A DNA stretch of 64,000 nucleotides from Flectonema sp. DT1601 (lineage: Eukaryota). Below the pieces are notes generated by a model, which worked only from the letters and a program-made list of their open reading frames with translations, was not told the DNA's origin and did no database searches. The translations under genes were made by a program, and so were the position numbers. The number at the start of each line of letters is the position of its first letter. The first letter of the stretch is position 1. Where the stretch lies: NCBI GenBank assembly GCA_964019425.1, contig OZ025791.1, positions 930,001-994,000 on the forward strand, given 5' to 3'. Shown here one piece after another: positions 56,870 through 64,000 of the stretch.

Positions 56870-57559
56870 ATGGGTTGTGTGGAGGCCATGCAGCTAAAAC
56901 GACCTTTGGAGCGGTCTGATTGGCCGTTCCTAGGATCTCCCACACCGCTGTTGTTGATGTGGTGGTATGGTGTAACAACTCTATTTTCTCTGATTACATA
57001 TATCGCATGGGCCAGGGATGCGAGTGGACTCAGCGACGGAGTAACAAATGCCTTTGCGGGATTCGCAGTAATTTCTGTAGTTGTGTACATATTGCTGAGT
57101 GCTTCTAGTTTCTACTGGGCTTGGCAAACAGTGGGGGAAGCGAAGGGGCAGCGAATACGACTTGGGATTCTGTGTTTTTTTGTTGCTGCGGATTCCCCAA
57201 TCTTGGCCACACACATGTTGGTTCTTTATCGAATCGGAGCGCGTGACAGCTACCTGCAGACAATTGATATGGGGCTGCGATTTGTTTCTTGGATTTGTGG
57301 ATTCTTCTTTTTGTGGGTATCGTACCTGATAGCTGCCTCAAAGTATTTCCACGAGACAAAAGGCTACAACAGACCTCCACTTGAACAGGTCTGGAAACGG
57401 AAATTTGGATCTCGAGGTACTTTCTCACCGTACCAAAACCGCGAAACTCGAGGTACGTTCTCACCTTATCAAAACCGCGAAAATCGTGACAGCACGGCTG
57501 ATGATCGAGTTTATCGCAATCTCAATCTGGTGGTGACTCCATATGGAGACCCTGCTTAG
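56870..57559 (+). CDS. Four-TM membrane protein with a duplicated 12-aa tail motif
   Basis: Hydrophobic segments; RGTFSPYQNRE occurs twice (36-bp tandem at ~57411-57482); acceptor attatcacag upstream. Confidence 0.75.
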   Translation: MGCVEAMQLKRPLERSDWPFLGSPTPLLLMWWYGVTTLFSLITYIAWARDASGLSDGVTNAFAGFAVISVVVYILLSASSFYWAWQTVGEAKGQRIRLGILCFFVAADSPILATHMLVLYRIGARDSYLQTIDMGLRFVSWICGFFFLWVSYLIAASKYFHETKGYNRPPLEQVWKRKFGSRGTFSPYQNRETRGTFSPYQNRENRDSTADDRVYRNLNLVVTPYGDPA

Positions 57560-58143
57560 TTGTACGCACTGATTTGTTCTGTTTTTGTAGTTAGGTTAGT
57601 TAAGCTTTCCTTCATAAGTGAGGTATCTGTTGCAAGTTAATAGAATTTAGAATACATCCTTTGTGAGGTTCTCAATATTTGTTAAACTTATTTGTCCATT
57701 GCACCAGTCAAAAGAAATGGAAGAGGGAAGGATAGCTGCGCATGCCGTCAACTAAAGTCATGAGAAGTATTAGCAGTTCCTAAATTTTTGCTTTATAAAA
57801 TAATATTTTATTCACAATTCGGTGACAGGTAATTATTTCCTAATTATCAAGAAGATGAATCAAATTCTCGATGTCTTAATAAGTATCAGTCAGAATTTTG
57901 TAGGAAGGATAACCTTGTTTGCTAACGTATCCCGGTGAGTGGATGAAACAGGTCAACCGAGCGATAGCGCACACCCTTGAGGTGGTGCAAGCCCTAGTGA
58001 TGAGAGAATGGAGACGAGTATTATTGGTTGTGTAACATACAAATGTCATCCATCTGTGAGTCAATGCAGGGATCGTATTTACAATTATTGCATTTGGAAG
58101 CAATTTAATAATATTTTGTTTTTTTCAGTAGATACTTAAAACA

Positions 58144-59145
58144 ATGCAAGTTTTTGTGACGTGTCCTGATTTGGGATTCCCTGCAGTGTCAGTCACAACT
58201 GGTACTGATTCTGTTGTGGGCGACGTGTTGACAGCAGCAGCTGGAGAGTGGGATATCGACCCAGAGGAAGTTGAACTCTCGTTCACTGGTGATACCCTTT
58301 CAGAAACTAAGCGATTAGCGGATCATGGCGTGGGTGCAAACAGCGAGTTGGAAATGCAGAAGAAGCGCTTTAGGACGTTTGGTAAATGTTGGTTTGTTGA
58401 TGATAAAAAAAGGGAGAAGCTGTTGCTTTGGATCAGAGATCACGTTACTGAGAACTTGTATCTAGACACCCCTACATTCTCAGAAGATGGCTGCCTCACT
58501 GTTGACAGTGAATTGCTGCCCTCAGGTGCCAAACGGATTTCTTTCCGTAATTCAAATTTCAACAACGCAGTCATCTCACAAAACTTCCTTCACCAATCTT
58601 TAATCACGCATGTTGACCTTTCAGATCTTTGTGGTATTACCACTATTAGAAGTAATTTCTTGTCTTCCTGTTCACAAATCACTGCTGTTAACCTATTAGG
58701 TCTTTGTAGTGTCACCGTTATTGGTAATAATTTCTTGGGAGACTGTTCGCAAATCACTGCTGTTGACCTTTCAGGTCTTAGTAGTGTTACCACTATTGGA
58801 AATGATTTCTTGTCTTACTGTTCTCAGGTCACTGCAGTTGATTTATCGGGTCTTGGTAGTGTCACAACTATTGGAGAGTATTTCTTGTCCTCCTGTTCAC
58901 AAATCACAGCTCTTGACCTTTCAGGCCTTAGTGGTGTCACCACTATTGGATATGACTTCTTGGAAGACTGTTCACAAATCACTGCCCTTGACATATCAGG
59001 TTTTAGTTGTGTGACTGAAGTGGAAGATTCGTTCCTCTGCGATTGCTGCGCACTTGAATCTCTTCGACTGCCCGACAACAGTGCTATTCGAGCAGTTTGC
59101 GAAAAGCCGACATTTACCAAATGCAACGTAGTAATCGATTCTTAA
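58144..59145 (+). CDS. Ubl plus BspA-like LRR protein, paralogue of 4092-5195
   Basis: MQVFVTCPDLG..., LYLDTPTFSEDG and 22-aa LRR units. Confidence 0.85.
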   Translation: MQVFVTCPDLGFPAVSVTTGTDSVVGDVLTAAAGEWDIDPEEVELSFTGDTLSETKRLADHGVGANSELEMQKKRFRTFGKCWFVDDKKREKLLLWIRDHVTENLYLDTPTFSEDGCLTVDSELLPSGAKRISFRNSNFNNAVISQNFLHQSLITHVDLSDLCGITTIRSNFLSSCSQITAVNLLGLCSVTVIGNNFLGDCSQITAVDLSGLSSVTTIGNDFLSYCSQVTAVDLSGLGSVTTIGEYFLSSCSQITALDLSGLSGVTTIGYDFLEDCSQITALDISGFSCVTEVEDSFLCDCCALESLRLPDNSAIRAVCEKPTFTKCNVVIDS

Positions 59146-59727
59146 ATATTTTTGTTTTATTTGGTCTTTGTCTTGTTCTAAATCACAGTGTGCCTATTTT
59201 CTCGATAGAGTCAATAATCAAAACGAAGGAAAAGAAAATAGTTTGACAAAAAGAAATATCGTTTTGAAGGTAAAGGTAGTTTTGTAAAGCTGACAGTGCT
59301 GCGTAAGTTATCTGCAAAGATCAAAATTGATCGATCCCATTTTCTTCTGACACTTGTAACTACTGTTTCCACATGGATTTTATTTGTTCCTTCATGTCTT
59401 CCAGGTGCTCAAAATACTACAGATTTTTGCTATTGGTGCTGGAAATGTCAGTTTCACTATTCACTAAAAGCAAACTTTTTTTTCGCTGTTCAGTAGAAGT
59501 GATAATGAGGCAATGATGTTGACAGTAGTTAGTTGTGCTTCAGAGACACGTGGTGTAAGAACGTCCAAATAATCTGAGAAAAACTCTTTGTGAACTTGTC
59601 ACGCGTCCCCCATCAGAAGCAGCGGTGTTTGTTTAGAAGAGAATTGTGAGGGGATTTAAAATTACTCAACGCAGTTTTCAGGGTTCACAAGGCCCTTTTT
59701 TTGTAGAGTTGGCGTTTTAGAGTTGGC

Positions 59728-59984
59728 GAAGGGTTGGGGAGGCCGCCGCTGAGAACATCGGGGGCATGTGGGAAGCATTCAAAGAGCAACAGGTTCTACA
59801 ACAGCAACAACAAGATAACATCATCCAGCAGCTCACACAGCAACAACAAGATCAGCAGAACCAGAATACAGCATTGTTCCAGAGTATCAATCAACAACAG
59901 GTCCATCAGGAACAACAGGCAGCCGTGATACAAGGTATCATGCAGGAATTAGCGAGTGAAAACGTTCTAGCAACAGCAGGGTGA
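59728..59984 (+). pseudogene. Isolated fragment of the gag-like region of the downstream retroelement
   Basis: gaagggttggggaggcc...gagaacatcgg.ggcatgtggga matches 61138-61200; peptides MWEAFKEQQ vs MWEAFREQQ. Confidence 0.8.
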
Positions 59985-60638
59985 AAAGATATACTGCCCA
60001 CTCAATAAAGAGAGGTGCGATAAGTCATCTGTTGGAAGTTCTGGCATTGGACCAAGGGCAGCAAGGACTCACAGAAGGGCTGATAAGCAGGCTGGCCAAG
60101 CATGCAGGGGTGTCGGCTGACCCCTAGTAACATGTTTATACTTTTATGTGTTTACCAACGATTCTAAAGCTACAGTTTCTGTTAAATATATTTCAGTAAT
60201 TTGCAGCATCCCAAAGCACCGTTTCACCAAGCATCGAATTTTTCGATGCGTTCCCATAATGTAAATCCAACATTATGATTATTAGTTTCTTAATACCAAT
60301 TCTTAATTCACACCCATTTATCAGATTTCGAACCCCGTTTCGCGCATACCTTTTTCACGAATTTTAAATTGGCAACCCAACGAACAGAACTGGGACCGGC
60401 AGCGGCGTCCAGCCCATCCATGGCGGACCCACCACAACCCCAACGCGGTGACCTACTCGCATGGGTAGTCCACCAAGTTGACCATTGTTTAGTTTATTGA
60501 TATCACCGAGTGATTTGTTTCTCATGTTTCCTTTCTTCCAAACAGGTGCCCAAAGGATGCAAGATAATTACTGTACTTTATTGTTCTCACACCCCTGTAT
60601 TCATCACAAGAAAACTTATATTTAAATTAAGTTAAAGA

Positions 60639-61571
60639 ATGACTCGTGTAAATTTTGAGTTCCCTGAGTTCTTAATTGAGACTTGGAAGGCGCAGATGGG
60701 TGAGGAACCACCAAAGAAGCTCGATAATATCAATCTGGACGAGCTGGTTGCAAGCATCCCCTTTAGTATCGACTTAAGTACATTGAGATCCGACAAGGAG
60801 ACAAGAAGGTTGATCCAAGGCACACTGGCCATGTGTCTCGGGATCTCCAATGATGCGGCCAAGACACTTTCGATGAATAAGTGTCTAGTAATACTTGGTG
60901 TGTTATCAAGGAGCCGCCTGCAGTTGGTCAACCAGAGCGCCGCCCGGATGAGCGAGCGGATATCCAAGGGGGGGTCGGATAGGCTGGTGACGCACGACGA
61001 GGCGGAGGATGCGATGGGATCGCTGCAGCAGAGCACAGACACACTGAGAAGTGATACCAAGCAGGGGTTCGACTCGCTGAGAAGCGAAACGCAGACGGCG
61101 TTTAGCCAGTATCAGAGGGAGAGCCAATCAGTGAGGAGAAGGGTTGGGGAGGCCACTGAAAAAGCCGAGAACATCGGAGGCATGTGGGAGGCCTTCAGAG
61201 AACAACAGACCCAACAACAACAACAACAAGCTAGCGTTATCCAGCAAATCACACAACAGCAGAGAGATCAGCAAAAGCAGAATGCGGAAGTGATCCAGAA
61301 AATCTTACAAGAAATAGCAGATCTGAAGAACGGGTTGACTACGGCTCAACAAGTCGGGGGGGCAGCACAGCAACAACCAGCACCGGGGTCGAACGAAGCG
61401 ATGACACGGGAGGTGACTGATCCGTCTGCAGGCAGGGATGTAACAAAGTGGGCATCCGTTATGAAGTCAGGAAAGACCGAGGCACTGATCCATGGGATCA
61501 GGGGGCGGTATGTGAACGGTCTGGAGTACAAGGTTGGTGGGGCCAGCTACTTGGCTTCTTCAGGCAGTTGA
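60639..61571 (+). CDS. Gag-like coiled-coil ORF of the decayed retroelement (likely frameshifted into the 61448-61702 frame)
   Basis: Q-rich coiled coil upstream of the RT fragments; continuation W..N.LGNELLEQLRMQ in an adjacent frame. Confidence 0.55.
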   Translation: MTRVNFEFPEFLIETWKAQMGEEPPKKLDNINLDELVASIPFSIDLSTLRSDKETRRLIQGTLAMCLGISNDAAKTLSMNKCLVILGVLSRSRLQLVNQSAARMSERISKGGSDRLVTHDEAEDAMGSLQQSTDTLRSDTKQGFDSLRSETQTAFSQYQRESQSVRRRVGEATEKAENIGGMWEAFREQQTQQQQQQASVIQQITQQQRDQQKQNAEVIQKILQEIADLKNGLTTAQQVGGAAQQQPAPGSNEAMTREVTDPSAGRDVTKWASVMKSGKTEALIHGIRGRYVNGLEYKVGGASYLASSGS

Positions 61572-62221
61572 AGAACTTCGTTCTCGGTTTGGAGTACGTT
61601 GAAGGGTGGGAGGAGAACCAGTTGGGGAACGAGCTGTTGGAGCAACTGCGGATGCAGTATTACTTTTGCAAGGATGGTAGAAGAGATCAGAGTTGGAGAT
61701 GATCTTAGAAGTTGCATCGGAGGACCCTCTGGAGAAAGCAAACGCAATAGCGAAGAGAAATAGAAATGCGAAGATGCAACAACCGAAACGGAAAGGGGGG
61801 AGATCGTTTGTCTCTACGTATCCATCGTCGGGAAACGGGAGAGGGTTCGCGAAGTGACCAGCCGACCGGACCCTGCAAGTAACAACAAAACCAACGTTCC
61901 TAAAACGAAGGTTAGACACGCAAGTATTGGAAACATCCCCATTGCCAAAGTTAAAGTTGAGCCCGCAAGACTTATGCAGAAGCACTCAAGACAGGTGTTG
62001 AGGAGCAGCCGACTAAAAACAAGGTTAGGAGGATCTGTAAGTTTAATCGTTCAAGACCCGGACAACCTTGTAAAATCCGCAGTCCGAGGATTCCCCAGCG
62101 GAAGGGAGATGAAAATAAGCTCAGTTGGAACAGAAGAGATCGCAGATTCAACGGAAACAATGCCCTCAGAAGGATTAGAAGGAAATGTGGTTGGGAAGAT
62201 CCTGTTGGACATGATGGAGGG

Positions 62222-63240
62222 ATGCCCAGGAGGGACGAAGAGGCGGCATGCCGAGGATTCCGTCACATACATGTCAATGCACGGCTCTCGAAGAGGGCAA
62301 CTTCGAAGTTGGCAGAGAAACATGCAAGAGAATTGGTTGAGTGTGGTATTGCAGTGCCGAGTGATTCTGTACCGCTGTCTCGGAATGTACCATTTACAGT
62401 GTATGAGGAGAGGGAGACGGGGAACAGACAGCGGTTCATCCTCTGGACAAAGAGCAGAACGAACTGATCCCGTCTGGGAGATATGAACCATTCGTTCCAC
62501 TGCAGCACATTTCTTGTTACCTGGATGCTGTACATTCGGAGGTGGCATCCTGCAGGGACTTCAAGACTGGATTCTACCAGGTCTGCATACCTGAAGGGTC
62601 AACTTCACTCTTCAGTTTCTCTGATTCGGCTGGGAAGGTTTATTCTTTGACTCGACTTCCGATGGGTCATGTGTGTGCCCCAGAATTGATGAACACCATC
62701 GCTGCAGTAGTTGCTGGTGACCCGCTGTTCGTTAAGAAAGAATTTGCGGAGGAGGAAGTTGGGATTCACTGGTGGATCGATAACATTAGGTTATTTGGTC
62801 CCAAGGAAGGTTAAATGCGCAGCTGAGAGGATGGACTCCTTTGCCAGAATGGCAAACATCACATGGAAACCAAGTGATACTGTGGATCTCTCTCCGGAGT
62901 TCTTGGGGATCACCTTTGATCACCATACGGACAGGGTGAGCTTGGGGACCAAGAATTGGGAGAAAAATCAAGAACACCAACCTTGATTCATTGACTGCAT
63001 CGGAGTTGGAGTCCTTAGGAAGTCGCCTGTTGCATGCCAGCTCCATTGTTGGAGTTCCACCTGGGAAGTACTGGTTTAGCTTGAAGTATCTTCGCAGGGT
63101 CACAAATTACTTGAACAAGGGGACCCTACAAGTACAGCAGGTAAAATTGCCCCGTTCAGTAAGGAGGGAATTAGAAATGTGGATCGGTGCTGTGCAGAAG
63201 GAGAGGGTGCTCGATTTAATTGGGAATATCCGTGCTTATG
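62222..63240 (+). pseudogene. Frameshifted reverse transcriptase
   Basis: RT motifs are split over ORFs 62222, 62542, 62711 and 62991. Confidence 0.8.
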
Positions 63241-63948
63241 GTGGCTGTGTGTTTGCTTCTCCGGTTTCAAGCACAGCAAGGGGGATAGTGCTTGCAAGTG
63301 ATACACCGGAACACGTGGATTCTAGTTCCCCACAAGAAGTATGGGCCCACAAGTTCCTGGAACGGTTGGGCACACTGTCGTGGAACCACTGCGAAAGTAG
63401 CGTGCATTTGGAGACTTTTTATACACCATGATATTTATAATTACGGTATTTCCTTTTTTCCTTTTTTTTTTTTTTTACAGATTTTGTTAAAAGCACAAAC
63501 ACTTTTAAAAAAAATGAAGCTTCCATTTTGTTCATAGATCTGCCCCAGTTACTCAGTGTAACTCGGAAGCTCTTTCAGACACCACGCTGTTTCTTTTTAT
63601 TTATATAAGCCAATGTCTCTATTAGTTTTTCTGACGATATCAAATATTTCTATCCCTTTATCAGTTCTCACACCTGTTCATCACAAGAAAACTTATATTA
63701 AATTAAGTCCCACCCTTCCCCCGCCGGTGTCCCGTCGAATCGAAACGGCCCGACACAACCTACACAGTGCACCGCAAAGATCTCAGTTAACTGCATGTTC
63801 ATTCAATTAAGTATACTTCTCTTTCCCCGGTGCATACAGTTTTGGAAGGCTAATTACCACACAACCCCCTGCAATGCACGGAATTACTTATAATTTTTGT
63901 GAGCCCTTGTTTTCACCCCCTCAGGTACCACACTTTTTGAGATTTTTA

Positions 63949-63992
63949 TAACGGGAATTAGGGTTTGATTCTGGAGGGAGCCTGAGAAACGG
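63949..63992 (+). rRNA. Short degenerate 18S rRNA fragment, not a full gene
   Basis: taacgggaattagggtttgattctggagggagcctgagaaacgg resembles the conserved eukaryotic SSU taacggggaattagggttcgattccggagagggagcctgagaaacgg; flanks do not match. Confidence 0.7.
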
Positions 63993-64000
63993 ATCGTCTT

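Larger units (their letters stand above)
60583..63708 (+). mobile_element. Decayed VIPER/TATE/DIRS-like retroelement (gag-like ORF plus frameshifted RT) between short direct repeats
   Basis: RT motifs across frames: PFTVYEE...RQRFILWT; DFKTGFYQV..F.F....G..Y..TRLPMG; WIDN; FLGITFD. Direct repeats at 60583-60632 and 63664-63708. GC-richer than the flanks. Confidence 0.75.

Overview
This is AT-rich eukaryotic DNA, most consistent with a euglenozoan such as a diplonemid (inference). All ~20 credible genes lie on the + strand, many start just after a pyrimidine-rich ...(A)CAG trans-splice-type acceptor, and a few carry GT-AG introns. Host genes include two Ubl-LRR paralogues, two WD40 proteins, a TRF4-like nucleotidyltransferase, HEI10, a bacterial-MCP-sensor/cyclase-like receptor, a RING-CaaX protein, myotubularin, a cyclophilin fusion, a DD3-3/NADPH-oxidase fusion and a Ubl-UIM calpain. 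The highlight is an intact 2215-aa Penelope-like retroelement (49363-56010) with the permuted GIY-YIG-before-RT order. It also carries a Josephin-like cysteine-protease domain, and its structured 3' UTR ends in a hammerhead-ribozyme core whose strands are in a non-standard, knotted order. Short relics of that 3' UTR occur at ~1.9-2.3, 16.3 and 45.0 kb, and one begins almost exactly at the predicted cleavage site. Also present are a TIR-bounded MITE, a decayed VIPER/TATE/DIRS-like retroelement and a short 18S rRNA fragment at the window edge. All homology calls are by-eye motif recognition, not database searches.
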